Counted from the stretch's first letter, positions 41,390-55,760 are shown. The stretch is 64,000 nt of DNA from Octopus vulgaris (GCA_951406725.2 OX597833.1:992001-1056000), one strand, 5' to 3'. The notes: a model not told the origin generated them from the letters alone. Program-made: numbers and translations.

Positions 41390-43766
41390 TAGAGCTGACC
41401 ATGTACGGGCCAAAGGAAAGCATGGACATGCAGCCTACAAGAAACCCTCAGAATCTTTCCAGCTTGAACTTCCATAAGGCAAACTGGAAACAAATTGAGA
41501 AAGAGATCCTCAAACAAAACTGGCCTGAATGTCTCTCCTCGCCAGACATCGACGTGAAACTTCAACAATTCATGTCTGTAATGCAAGCCATATATACAAA
41601 TGTGTCCCTGAGAGAAAGGACACTGTACACAAGAACAAAATCCCCAGAGAGAGGAAAATTTTAATGAGACGGCGTACAAAAATTTCAAATCGCCTAAACA
41701 AACAAATTGAAAGCTGTGAAAAGTCCCACCTGAAAATAAAACTGTTGGAAATTGAAAAATGTCTGCAACTCTCCCATATGAAAAGGAAAGAGCAGACGAA
41801 GAAGCCTGGGCTATAGACAACATAAAATCTAACCCCAGAGCTTTCTACAGGTATGCCAAAGAAACAGCTACGGTGCACTGTAGGATAGGCCCACTCCTTG
41901 AAAAGGATGGCACACTCACAGGAAAACCAATGAGGGTAAGTGAAATACTGAATGAGCAATTCAAGAGTGTTTTCACTCCACCCCTTGGGCATTTCCAAAT
42001 CACCAATCCAACTGACTTCTTTACCACTGCAGATATAAAATCAGAGGCGGCGACGATAGATTACATCGATATAAAGGAAGACGATGTAATAAAGGCTATA
42101 GATGAAATGAAAACAGACTCAGCTACTGACCCCGATGGATTCCCGGCAATCCTTCTAAAAGTATGTAAGAGAGTCCTAGCAAGACCACTGCAGTTCCCCG
42201 TTCAGAGCTTCCTTGCAGCTGGCAAACTTCCAAGAAAACTGAAGGAAGGTAAAATATGCCCTCTTCATAAAGGAGGTAGCAGAGCGGAGGCCAAGAACTA
42301 CAGACCTATCTCTCTGACCTCACACATCAGCAAAGTCATGGAACGAATAGTCAGAAGGAAACTAATCACCTTCCTTGAAGAAAATGACTTGCTGCCTGAC
42401 ACCCAACATGGTTTCCGACCAGGAAGAAGCTGCTTAACTCAGCTCCTACAACACTATGACTGGGTGCTGAAACGACTGCTCAACCACTCAAATGTGGAAG
42501 TGATATATCTCGACTTTGCAAAGGCCTTTGATAAAGTCGATCATGGAATGATGTCACAAACTGCGTGATCTTAGCATAGTTGGAAAACGGGGAGAATGGC
42601 TTCATGACTTTCTGAAAGATAGAAGTCAGGTGGTAGTAGCCAATGGAGCCACTTCCATTAACACGCAAATAGTGAGCGGTGTTCCGCAGGGCACTGTTTT
42701 GGGACCACTGCTGTTCATAATGGCCCTCTCAGACATGCCCTCAGCCACGCAGAGAGCCACGATCACAAGTTATGCAGATGATACAAAAGTTTCACAGGCA
42801 ATACAGAACCCTGAGGACACTAAACGCCTGCAATGTGAGCTGGACAAAATATACAAGTGGGCTGAAAAGAATAGCATGCAGTTCAATGCTGAAAAGTTTC
42901 AAGCTTTATGCTATCAGCATGCAAAACTAAATGCAATACCCAATGAATACACTGGACCTGGAGGAATTGCAATCCCAGAGGCACAATCAATGCGTGACCT
43001 GGGTATTTACATGAGTGATGACGCAACCTTTCGTGTTCATGTTGCTAAATTGGCAATGAAATGTAGACGACTGGCCGGATGGATTCTCAGAACCTTTAGA
43101 AGAAGAGAACAAGAAACCATGATGGTCCTCTGGAGGACACTTGTCCTAAGCCATTTTGACTATTGCTCTCAGCTATGGTCACCATCCAGTGCCAAGCTGA
43201 TCACAGACCTTGAAGCGATCCAACGTAGCTACACGAAGAAGATAGCCTCTGTGCAGCATATAAGCTACTGGGAAAGACTCAAGAGATTAAAACTCTATTC
43301 CTTGGAGCGTAGGCGAGAAAGATATGCCATAATATACATCTGGAAGATCCTGGAAGGACTTGTCCCAAACTTTGGCATCGAGAGTTACACAAATGCCAGA
43401 ACTGGGCGCCACTGCGTGGTGCCAATGACTCAAATTTGCCATCAAGATGTAGGACAAGATACTGTGATAGCCTGGGCTTCAGAGGCCCACAGCTCTTCAA
43501 TATCCTCCCGAAGAACCTAAGAGACCTGCATGGGGTGGATGCAGATGTCTTTAAAATGAAACTGGATCTCTTCCTGTCAGGTGTCCCAGATGAACCAACT
43601 TCACGGCAGGAGGTTCAGATGAGGGCAGCTGCATCGAACTCTCTCATGCACCAAATGGCAGTTGCTAAAAAGCATTCGTGAAGTAAAACCATGTAGCAAC
43701 ACCAAATGGCGGTGCCCCAGCATGGCCACAGCTCGTGAGCTGAAACTAGAATCAATCAATCAATGA

Positions 43767-43770
<4 letters not shown>
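41385..43770 (+). mobile_element. 5'-truncated CR1-group non-LTR retrotransposon with frameshifted reverse transcriptase
   Basis: NYRPISLTS, QHGFRPGRSC, DFAKAFDKV, GVPQGTVLGP and YADDTK motifs across ORFs 41759-42568 and 42630-43520; (ATCA)n tail. Confidence 0.92.
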
Positions 43771-43841
<71 letters not shown>

Positions 43842-43993
43842 ATATTTCGGAATGGTCATTTTGCCAGTTTAGCCAATAAAAACACACGCACTATATATTT
43901 GGTGTTACTTTGCTTCAGTGTTATTTATTTTTTACATTAATCTATATATAGTGCGTGTGTTTTTATTGGCTAAACTGGCAAAATATTTAAACG

Positions 43994-44099
<106 letters not shown>

Positions 44100-44136
44100 A
44101 CGTATATATATATATATATATGTAAGAATATATATG

Positions 44137-44954
44137 TAAGGTCTGATCAGTAAGTATCCGGACTGTTGCTATAGCTACAAAATTAAAGCACGGACGATAA
44201 AACCGCTTGGCACATATTGTCCTTGGACTCTGCTGTTTCAACTTTCTAGCTCACTTCCGCTGTTTACAGCAGTGCTTGGAAGGAAGGTGTGTAGCGTGTG
44301 ATCGTCGCATTAAGCATGACGAAGTTGAGCAGAGAGTTTGCATCAAATTTTGCGGAAAGCTTGGCGATACTTGCTCAGGGGCTTACGCAAAGTTTCCAAA
44401 AAGTTTTCATCGTTCTCGACACAATCAAGGACATCTTGTGCAAATGAAAACCGAAAGTCTTTTGGTTAGCTGAAAGCAGTTTTAGCACCAACTTGGCAGA
44501 CGCGCGTATCATGTCCAATTATTCAGCGATAATGAAATGAACTGAGCCGTAAATAATCTGCACATTCTCTGATAATTCACGGATGGTGATTGGACGATCT
44601 GCTGGTTGCGGGTCTCCCAGAACATTCGGCAATATCGACATTTTTTTGCCCTTCTTGGAAATGTCTGAACCACACAAACACTTGTGTGCAGCTCATACAA
44701 TGCTATCCATACACTTTCGGCAACTTTGCGTAGGTCTCTGGGCATGTATCGCCATAAAAACTTACTCTCGCATGGATGGTCAATGATAAGAGTACATGAT
44801 ACGCACCTTCCTTCCAAGCACTGCTGCAAACAGCAGAAGCGAACTAGTGTGTTAAATCTCAGTGCGCGCGCACTGCAGAGTTCAAAGCTTTGCTCTTTCT
44901 GCTTTAGCTTCGTCACTATGGCAACAGTCCGGATATTCATTGATCAGACTACGT
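44137..44954. mobile_element. Internally deleted mariner-like element
   Basis: TIRs GTCTGATCA...TATCCGGACTGTTGC at both ends with TA flanks; EQRVCIKFC transposase start; partial copy at 58215-58530. Confidence 0.8.
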
Positions 44955-45077
44955 ATATATGTGCGTATGTGTGTGTGTATGTATGTATACTTGAACGTAC
45001 GTAAACTGATAAAAAAAAGTAACATTGGAGAAGCGAGATTAGAAGGAATAAGATGGGAAAACAAACCTTCTTTATAA

Positions 45078-45196
45078 TTACTGGAGCAAAAACGGGATGG
45101 TGCTAGCGGCAACTTGCAAGAACCAGAAAGAGAAGGGAAATTTTGGAGACAGAAAGCATGCTGTATCTGGTAGAGAAGAAGTGGTGCTGCCAGATA
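45078..45196 (-). CDS. Ig-cluster gene 3, exon 4 (alternative-frame hydrophobic tail)
   Basis: a 1-nt deletion relative to genes 1 and 2 gives ISGSTTSSLPDTACFLSPKFPFSFWFLQVAASTIPFLLQ-stop; joined CDS 825 nt = 274 aa. Confidence 0.68.
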
Positions 45197-45329
45197 CTGT
45201 AAAGACAAAAAATCAGGGAGGCTGGAATAATACTTGGTGCATCAAAGCATGGGATTTAGTGTCTGACAAAGAAACTGAATTCACATTTATTGTCACTAAT
45301 AGGCTTTCATATTTTCCGAAACATTCACC

Positions 45330-45668
45330 GTGGTGCAGTTTGATGTGATGTCTTGTTTGGTTTCAAACATTTGTCGTGTGGTTTGATGCGATGTTCGGTA
45401 TGATGTATAATATGAAGTTTGATGTGATGTTTGGTGTGTTTTTTCGTGATGTTTGATGCGTTGTTTGATACGATGTATGTTGCGTTGTTTGATGTGATGT
45501 ACAGTGCGTGGATTGATGTGATGCCTGAGGTGTAGTTTGATGTGATGTTTGATGTGATGTTTGATATGATGTCTGATGTGATGTTTGAAGTGTGGATTGA
45601 TGAGGTTCTTTCTTTGGCCCGATGCCTTGTAATGTGGTTTTGAGACGATGTAGCAGCGATTGCTGCCT
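45330..45668 (-). repeat. Degenerate 12-bp minisatellite (TCAAACATCACA) in intron 3 of the Ig genes
   Basis: present in all four genes (about 9300-9480, 22505-22840, 45330-45668, 58900-59238) with variable copy number. Confidence 0.8.
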
Positions 45669-45790
45669 ATATCTGTTTTTCTTTTAGATTTTACTTGATT
45701 CAATTATTGGACAGCAGCCAAGGTGGGACACCAATGTCTTTAAAGAAAATATGGACACTAAACAATGTAAGAAAAAGAATATTTGCTTAC

Positions 45791-46105
45791 TTGCACCAAT
45801 GTCGTTCATTTCTTTTGCAATTATGGTGCCAAATGCCGAACATGCAATAATCGTTTCACCGCTGTCTTTGTCAGTTACCGTGTGTTGATATAGCGACTGT
45901 ACTGGAATGCACGGATCGTCAGTTTTCGGAAGTGGTACTTTCTTGTCTGTTATCTGTGGTTTAGCGTTTTTATGTGCTACAGTCCATCTAAAGGTGACAG
46001 ATTTGTTAGCATGTGATGAAACATATGCTAAACATCTGAAGGTAATCTCCTTCTCCTCCTTCTGAGTTGGATTAATAAGATCAAGACTTTTGACAAAAGA
46101 TTTCA
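45791..46105 (-). CDS. Ig-cluster gene 3, exon 3 (second Ig domain)
   Basis: 315 nt, acceptor TTTTCTCTACAG, donor A|GTAAGC. Confidence 0.88.
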
Positions 46106-47069
46106 CTGTAGAGAAAATATATATTTTATTGTGAATAAGATTCAAAATAACATACAAGATGGATGCTTTGACACGAATTGCGATGTTGATATAAAACGAA
46201 AAATTTGAACATTAATCAAAATAGATGACATGTTACTATGCAATATGTTTACGGTTTCCAGGGCTTCAACTAATCTTTGTTATAGCTATAGCAACACTAG
46301 AATAGGGGTGTAACTGGGGGAGCGAATGTAGGGATTCTTTGGACGCTCTAGTGCATATTGACCGATCCACCAAAGCTAATAAATCGGATATTCTTGGGTA
46401 GACCAAAGTGATAAGCACTGTTCATTGATCGGCATGAATATCCCTTTTGATCTTATATTGGGGCAAATGAATTAGAGAAGCTCATTGAAATCGAAAATAA
46501 TGTGGAATCTCAATGCAGCTACAATAACAGGGATTGCGGGAGAACTAGAAATGGTCAAAAAAGGAACTCAAAACTATTTGCGAATGACTCCTGGCTTACC
46601 ATCCATGCAAGAAGGGAAAATGTCTAACAATTGCATGGATATATTCAATAAATTTATATTAATGGGTTTGGACCAATTTCAGGAAAACATGAGCAGAATC
46701 CGGTAGCGAACCCGTGTGCGTAAAATGGCGAGATTTTCCGCTTTGGGGCAGATTTCGTCAAATTGATATCACGACGCAAAATGCCTGAATTTTGCTTGAG
46801 AAATAAAATCGCTTTATCAAATCAAAACCTGAAGGGCTGGGGAATTAAAAGAACGAATTGAAATAAGTTTTAGCAAATCAAAACAATTCGCATTGGAATG
46901 AAGAATTAGCAAATGCTACTTAGATTATCGTTAATACGCTGTCTGTTTGTATTCATGAAACATTTTTCGTCAAATTTCGGCATTTCTCGTCAAATTGATA
47001 TCACGATGACTAGTGCGAAAATTACCGAAATTTTACGATTTGGGAAAATCGATGAGAATACATCTTTTT

Positions 47070-47882
47070 TAGTTTCTGCTCAAAGCTGCGGCCATGCTGA
47101 TGCACCGCCGTTTTGCTACACTGATATTACTAAGAGCCTTCTCTTAGATGTGGCACTTGGTGAAGAATGGAGTTTGATATAGCTACCCTCATTTGCACCT
47201 CTTGCCGTGAGGTAGGTTCATCTGGGACTCTCGACAGAAAGAGGTCCAGCTTTGATTTAAAACCTCCTACATCTACTTTGTGCAAGTTCCTCAGACTCTT
47301 TGGGAGAATATTAAAAAGCTGTGGGCCCTTGAAAACCAGGCTGTTGCAGAAGCTGGTCCTGAAGCGTGATGGCATTGCTGGGATCTTTGGCAATATGCCG
47401 TGTCGCCCCGTTCTGGCATTGGTGTAGCTTTCAATGCCAAAATTTGGCAAAATTCCTTCCAGGATCTTCCAGCTATATATTACTGCATACCCCTCCCGTC
47501 AATTAGTCTACAAGTATTTTCTCCCCTTGTCTTTAATGACTATGTCTGGTCGATTAGCCTGGATCGTTCTGTCGGTGTTGACTGGAAAATCTCAGAGGAT
47601 CCTGACATTTTTACATTCAACGATTGGCTCAGGATGATGTCAATACCAGTAGACAGGGGTGCTAATTTTGTAGTGTTTACATATTTTCCGATGTAAATAC
47701 TGTCCAACCCTATCGTGGTAATTTTTGTATTTGTTTGGTGTGAAAAGAAGACACCCCGAGACGAGCGATGTCTTCTGTCGAATAGCGTTATATTCTTGTA
47801 GTTTTTGGAACGCAAACTTTGATCTTCGGCCGCTAATATGAAACCCCCAGTCTGCTTTCAGTCCTGAGTTTCTCAGCCACTT
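47070..47882 (-). mobile_element. CR1-group LINE 3' end joined to an R4-like fragment, in intron 2 of gene 3
   Basis: PNFGIESYTNARTGRH...DLFLSRVPDEPT matches the 43370-43680 LINE end; WLRNSGLK R4-like piece; duplicated at about 60637-61447. Confidence 0.78.
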
Positions 47883-47895
47883 ATCATCATCATCA

Positions 47896-48046
<151 letters not shown>

Positions 48047-48276
48047 GTTGTTATTATTATTATTATTATTGTCATTGTTATTATTATTATTATTATTATT
48101 TATTATTATTATTATTATTACTATTATTGTTGCTGTTGTTGTCGTTATTATTATTGTTGTTGTTATTATTATTATTAGTATTGGTAGTAGTAGTAGTAGT
48201 AGTAGTAGTAGTGTTACTTGTATTAGTAGTAATAGTGTTACTATTTTTTTTTTTCTTAAGATGAAACAAAATTAAC

Positions 48277-48609
48277 CTGTTAGCATCCTTGAATTAGACC
48301 TCTTTGCATCCGATATCTCACACGTATAAGATCCTACATCACCGCAATCTAGATTTGCTTTCCAGCATTTTAATACTGCATTAATCTTTCTCGATTGCGG
48401 CATGTTGCAGTAGTAACCTTTCAGGTCACGAATGACTTTAAAGACTCCTTCACCAGCGTTGAAACCAATATCAACAACGACTTCATTGTTACGCCTGAGT
48501 CTGAAGAATGATAAGTCTTCTGCTTGAACACGACATGTTATATCCATTTGAGTTGGTCCCTCTTCCCCAAATCCTTCGAATGGTTTTAGGCTTGTCATTT
48601 CAACACGAT
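48277..48609 (-). CDS. Ig-cluster gene 3, exon 2 (V-like Ig domain)
   Basis: 333 nt, AG/GT bounded, CGDVGSYTC contains the canonical D-x-G-x-Y-x-C motif. Confidence 0.88.
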
Positions 48610-48773
48610 CTATGAGTGAGGAACAAATCAATGAATGAATACACGAAAAATGGGACGGAAAAATTACTCAAAGACAGATTTAATTATCGCTTCTACTTTA
48701 GACGCGAAACTCGAAAGTTATCTGATCAAGTATCATAAAAGCATGAAACTATAAGTAGCTCTTTCGGTTGTGA

Positions 48774-48941
<168 letters not shown>

Positions 48942-48955
48942 TTATCTATCTATCT

Positions 48956-49664
48956 ATGGCGAAAGAATGTTTCTGGTGGACGCGTCTGAAAGGATTGGAG
49001 ACAAACATTTCCTCTCAGGTCAATCTCTCATCAACTCCTTCAAGTACCACTTGAAAAGGAAAGTGAGAGTAGAGAAGCAAGTTTTGTCTAGCGAACGTTT
49101 TAAAAAGATGGGTGAATGCAGCAAGGATGGCACGTATGAATGACGAAGCCATCTTGAGCATAATCCTATGAACCCAGAAATTGAAAATAGAGGGTTACCC
49201 CTTGCAAACAAATGTGGTAACATATAACAATATTGACCAAGGTTACCGGGGTCTTTTTCGTAGGCTTTTCTTCCCACGGATAAACCTTATTTGCTTTCCC
49301 TTTACACCATACATCATCACACTGTGATACACGATCCCTATTGATCGTTTTTTTCCTCTCCCCCTTTTTTCCTATTTTTTCTTCTTTTTTCATTTTTCTT
49401 TTCTTTTTTCCTTTTTTCTTTTTTTTTCTTTTCCTTTTTTTCTTCTTTTTTTTCTTTTTTTTCTTTCCCTTTTTTTCTTTTCTTTTTTTCTTTTTCTTTT
49501 GTTCCTTTTCCCTTTTTTCTTTTCCTTTTTTTTTGTTCTTTTTTCCCTTTTGCGATCCCTTTTGATCGAAAACCTACGCCACTTTTTTTTTTCTCCCCCA
49601 AAAGAAAAGCTCTACCTTGTAACTTGTCCCATCTGTGTGCAGCCCTGTGTGGCCAATAAAGAAA
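48956..49664 (+). mobile_element. 3' end of a Tx1/L1-like LINE inserted in (TCTA)n
   Basis: KEC.WWTRLKG...[15 protein letters not shown] end, T-rich 3' UTR, AATAAA, TCTA arrays on both sides; duplicated at about 62655-63363; clade assignment from memory. Confidence 0.6.
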
Positions 49665-49665
49665 C

Positions 49666-49921
<256 letters not shown>

Positions 49922-50338
49922 GGGTTTATATGCTCTCATTCGTAGGTGGAATATTGCTATCGAGAGAAACGGTGACTATGTTGAGGAGTAGGGATGTGAT
50001 ACGCAGAGGACCAGCTTCATTTCGATGTATGATACATGTTCCTTTGTTGATGATTTTACCTGTCCTAAACAAAATGGCATTTCTTTTCGACTCACTCTCG
50101 TATATATGTATTTGCAAGAAAAATACTTAGTTGGAAGAGAATGCGTGGCGTTCAATTATATGGGAATATAAATGATATATGTATATATATGCATACATAT
50201 GTATATGTATATATATATATATATAAATGTTTTTTTAATTTCTCCTCTGATTCCGGAATTACTACTATTTGCGGTTAGCCCTGGTTGCTATTTCTAGTGG
50301 GTCGAACGGCCTAGTATAGCCGTTCCTCAATTTGTTGT

Positions 50339-50414
<76 letters not shown>

Positions 50415-50658
50415 TACATATATACATACGTATATGTACATACATCTATACGTATATATATATATATGCATGTCTGGGAACAGGACGTCATGAAACGTGT
50501 ATAAAAAAAATACGAAGTACCGCAAAATCGTTCTTTATGTTGCTTGTCTTGTTTTCCATTTGTATCTTTTGTTGTTCGAAAAAAATATTTCATATTCCAT
50601 ATACTCATACTTCGTATTTCTTTGTTGTACACGTGTCATGACGTCCTGTGCCCACATA

Positions 50659-50700
<42 letters not shown>

Positions 50701-50777
50701 GATGAGTAAGAGCATGGCAGAGAAAGAAACAGTAATATGTTGAAGAGATAAATTTGTTGTTTTTAATCTTAACTTAC

Positions 50778-50835
50778 TGAGGGACATGCATGGAAGAATC
50801 ATCACGGATATAATCATCATCATCATTGTCGTCAT
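50778..50835 (-). CDS. Ig-cluster gene 3, exon 1 (signal peptide)
   Basis: MTTMMMMIISVMILPCMSL, 58 nt, donor A|GTAAGT. Confidence 0.8.
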
Positions 50836-52328
50836 GTTGGTTGGTAGAGAAAATGAGCGCCGACTGCTTCGAACAGAAGCATTGTAACCACGTGACATAT
50901 TTGTTCCAGGTCAAATAAGAATTAGAAAAAATTTGGCAATAGTTCTTCCTGTCTAAATATGATGAAACTAATAAGTGATAAAATTAATTAGTTAATTAAT
51001 GAAAAAGTACTCAACAAATAAAACAGAAAGAATTAAATGAAAGCTCATGTGAAATGAGAAAATTATTTCAAAATTACATTTTATAAAGACGTATATTTGC
51101 CATTTAAATATGGCTAACCCCTAAGGGGGGATGCTACGGTAGTTTGTAGCTCCAGCAGGACACCGCCTCCAGCTGGCTTTAGACACACTTTCTGTGCCCT
51201 ATCAGTATTAAGTTTTATTATTGCTTTTATAAAGAATAATTAAGAAAGTGATGTATGGTTTACGACAATCCGTTGAGGGACCTTTTCTTGCAGAGAATTG
51301 GTGACCCCACTAGAGATGGTGCCACAACAAATACGTCAATATACTTTGTAAAGTGGTTGGAGTAAGGCGGAGCATCCACTTGTAGAAACTATTGTAATGT
51401 AGACATTGGTGTATGACACACTCCTCTGACTTACCAGCCCCTGATGAACCGTCCAATCCATGTCATCATGGAAAAAGGGACATCAAATGGTGATGAGGAT
51501 GGGGGAGTGGATGAGAATAACGTGGGTGATACATCAAGCTATAAAGAAACAAATTGTTTCCTTGTTCTAATCTGACTGTCCTGATTTTGTACAAAAGTCT
51601 GAATAAAGGTACGACGAACACGAATAATATCGGAATAATTGCAGCATCGAAAGTTGATATTTTAAATGCATTTATCCAGAATATCAACTTTTATTTATGT
51701 GAATATTCCGATATCACGCATGAAGAGACGGACCTAGATTTGAGAGGAGAAACACAATACGTAGAAGATAGAGGCTAAGAAATGATGAGTTAGTGTGTGA
51801 GAAAAATTGGGCTGAGTGACTTAGAGTCGGAAATTAAATAGTTCGGTTCAAGTGTGAGTGAGAGAAGGAGAGGAAAATGAAGCCAATTGTCTCAGGGCAA
51901 AGGGTTAGGGTTAGAAATTAACAAAAGCGAAGACTGTTTAAGTCAGGGGCAGTTAAATAAGAAATTGTGACAGTTTGAGTGTGAATAAATGAATGAAGGA
52001 CAAGAAAAAGTATAAGAGGAACGGACAGAATTAGAGAATAATCGGGATTCTGGGGAATCCATAACTGGGAAAAATGGGGGTAAACAAAAATAAAGGCTGG
52101 GTACAGTTGCCTTCTGATCCAATATTAAGGGCTTTTTGTAGAAACCCTCCGGCTGCAAAAGCAGGAACAAAACCTCTTCTTCGACTAGGGAAATATCAAA
52201 TGAAGTTAACACTGGCGAATTAAAGCTTTCAAACATGATAGCTCTCCATTACCGTAGAGATGTCCGTCTCTACATTCGCCGTGTATATATATATATATAC
52301 ACACATATATATATATATATATACATAC

Positions 52329-52389
<61 letters not shown>

Positions 52390-52434
52390 TATACACATAT
52401 ATATACATATATATACATATACATATACATACAC

Positions 52435-52518
<84 letters not shown>

Positions 52519-53335
52519 GCAGGAGTGGCTGTGTGGTAAGTAGCTTGTTTACCAACCACATGGTTCCGGGTTCAGTCCACTGCGTGGCATCTTGGGCAAC
52601 TGTCTTCTGCTATAGCCTCGGGCCGACCAATGCCTTGTGAGTGGATTTGGTAGACGGAAACTGAAAGAAGCCCGTTGTATATATGTATATGTATATATAT
52701 GTATATATATGTGTGGGTGGGTGTGGTTGTAGGTGCAGGTGTGGCTGTGTGGTAAAATCTTGCTTTGAAACCACATGGTTTGCGGTTCAATCTCACTGCG
52801 TGCCACCTTCAGTGCTGAACTGGAGCAGTGAAGAGAAAATTTAAAAGAATTGACATTTCTGAAGAAGAGAATTTCTTGCAGAATCTTAATTTCTGATTGT
52901 GAAACACAAAAGAGGCTAAAATAAACGAAAAAGAAACAAAAGATCCAACGAAAAAAAATGCTCATCCAATTACTTTTTGCATAGCTATTCCAAAAACTTC
53001 CGCTGGGTTTATAAACCTCCCGCATACACGCGCAAACACACATACACACACACACAGACTCATACACACACTAATACATACACATACATGCACACGTGCA
53101 CAAACACTCTCACCCCCATTTACAAAAACTCACACACAGACATTTAACATTAAATTGAAAACCGGAAGAATGCAAATTTAAAATAAAGGAGTTGAAGGTG
53201 TAAGAACCCCCTGCCCCCCAAAAAAGAAAAAAGAGAAGTATATTTCATATATTTACCTTCACTTTCACTATTCCGGGAGCAACACAGAAGATGCTTTTAT
53301 CGTCATACACACACACACACACACATATATATATT

Positions 53336-53372
<37 letters not shown>

Positions 53373-54420
53373 AGGGGTTGTGTTTTAAGTATTTAAATGT
53401 ATGAATTGTTTCAGCAAAGAATCTCTGCTTTTGCTAATTCAGTAAGTTACCAAAAACTGAGTATTTTGAATTCAGAAAACGCTGCTAAATTCTTCAAGAA
53501 AATCTCTTTGGAATTCGAATAAAAGAAGAGAAATTGTTCCAAAGTAAGTGAACCGCGTTTCTGGATTCGAAACATTCAGCTTTGGGAATGTGAAAACAGT
53601 GAAATCGGGAAAATGCGGGATTCTTTGCCAAAATATTATTAAATCTGTAAAAAGGAAAAGTGTGCGTGTGTGTATGTGTGTGTGTGTGTGTGGTGGGGTG
53701 GTTGATTTGTTGGACGCTTTTTTAAAACTTATAAATCATATCGTCTCCTATTTCAATTTGCGGTCATTTTGATTTATTATAATATGTACACACACAAACA
53801 CACTGTTATGTGCGTGCGCACACACACAAACACACACACACACACACACGCATGCATACGCATGCACACACACAAGTTTGGCTAACACGTAGGAATAGAT
53901 ATGTTCTTAAGATGCTAAATTTGAAAACACGTGTTTTCTGGTCCAGTATCACCATGCAGCACTTTGGACGAGCGTATTCCACGATAGACCTAGCCCACCC
54001 GATTTCTCAGTGAATTTGCGCGACAGAAACTGTGCGGAAACCCGTCGTATATGAATATACATTACGTTGTTCCAGGACCGAATAAATAATACAGTTATAG
54101 AGGATATTCTGCCCTCTCACTTTTGCCAACTCTGGCCAGCTTTGGTGGTCACTTAAAGGACGACAGTATCTGACGTTGCTATTTTTCATCTCTTTATCTA
54201 TCTGTCTATATAGATGCACCCCTCAACCTTTTTCAATAAGCATACCCCCATTGTAATGACTGGTATATATCTACTCTTGTCTGTCTTTCTTTCTGACTAG
54301 TGTTTAATATCCCTATGCAACCCTCATTCCTTCTTTGTTCATTATTTTTCATTATTGGCTATTAGAAAAAGAAAATACGAAAACCTAGCGGAAAATATAT
54401 ATTGTATGAAAGCGAACAAT

Positions 54421-54863
54421 GGACCTTTTCGGTTTGAACGGCAGTTTTTAAAAATAATTTCCACGTAACTAAACACTTTTAAACTTCGTATACTGGTAGA
54501 ATGTGTTTATAAAACATTATTTCTCTTGGTTTTATTGAGAAAATTCTATAGTTTGTAAGATATTTGTTGTTTTTTTCTTCAATTTCTGCAATTTCAACCA
54601 ATCAATGACGTCTATTGAGGTAACAAAAAATTCTCTGCCGTATGAAAATGTCCCTTGTTTATGAAACAGATTGGGTTTATTTACATTTCTGAAGAAAAAA
54701 GGTACCTTCCCCCCACCCCTAACCCCAACCCCAACCGTAACCCTAACTAACCCTAACCCTAAAATAGATTGAAATGCATTAGCTCGATACTAGGGTCATA
54801 ATTATGGGTGACAATTTCATATGACACCGCTAGAAAAAACTGCCGTTCAAACCGAAAAGATCC
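54421..54863. mobile_element. Second copy of the same MITE (independent insertion)
   Basis: same TIRs with GG...CC termini; different TSD CGAACAAT. Confidence 0.85.
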
Positions 54864-55039
54864 CGAACAATATTTTGACTGCTCAAAACTTTAAGACCAT
54901 GACAAATAAAAAGTTTAACTCTGGTATAAACTATTCTGGCATTTCTGTTTAGACTTTCTCTGTGTTAGCAACTGCGGTTACCCCTGTCTATTTCACAAGA
55001 ATAGCAATGGGTAAAGCTAAAGTGTTGACGAATTTTGAA

Positions 55040-55447
55040 TGTGGCTGTGTGGTAAGTTGCTTGCTAACCAACCACATGGTTCCGGGTTCAGTCCACTGCG
55101 TGGCATCTTGGGCAAGTGTCTTCTATTATGGCCCCGGGCCGACCAATGCCTTGTGAGTGGATTTGGTAGACGGAAACTGAAAGAAGCCTGTCGTATATAT
55201 GTATATATATATATATATATGTGTGTGTGTTTGTGTGTCTGTGTTTGTCCCCCTAGCATTGCTTGACAACCGACGCTGGCGTGTTTACGTCCCCGTTACT
55301 TAGCGGTTCGGCAAAAGCGACCGATAGAATAAATACTGGGCTTACAAAGAATAAGTCCCGGGGTCGATTTGCTCGACTAAAGGCGGTGCTCCAGCATGGC
55401 CGCAGTCAAATGACTGAAACAAGTAAAAGAGTAAAAGAGTAAAGAGT
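55040..55447 (+). mobile_element. tRNA-derived SINE family A
   Basis: same head, body and tail as 10545-10985. Confidence 0.85.
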
Positions 55448-55720
55448 ATAGGAGAATTGTAGAGCTCCAGAAGCAGGGTCAATCTGGAGTTGCCATATTC
55501 AGTTAAACTGATGGCAGGAAAACCGACATTGAGAACTTCTTAAACGACCCTGAGGCGTAAGGATCGCAAAAAGTCGATCGCCCGGCCACAGAAAACTTCA
55601 CCAGCGTTGAGCCGAAGGATTCGCCCGGAGAGTTAAGAAATACACTAGTAAATCATCAAACCGGATTAAGGCGGTTACGGACGCGGAATGAAGATCAATG
55701 AGGATAAGATGACATTTCTG

Positions 55721-55723
<3 letters not shown>

Positions 55724-55760
<37 letters not shown>

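Noticed and set aside
45296-45703. Stand-alone His-rich protein (KHHI repeats)
   Set aside because: It has no convincing start, the paralogs are disrupted, and it lies within intron 3; treated as a minisatellite or fossil exon
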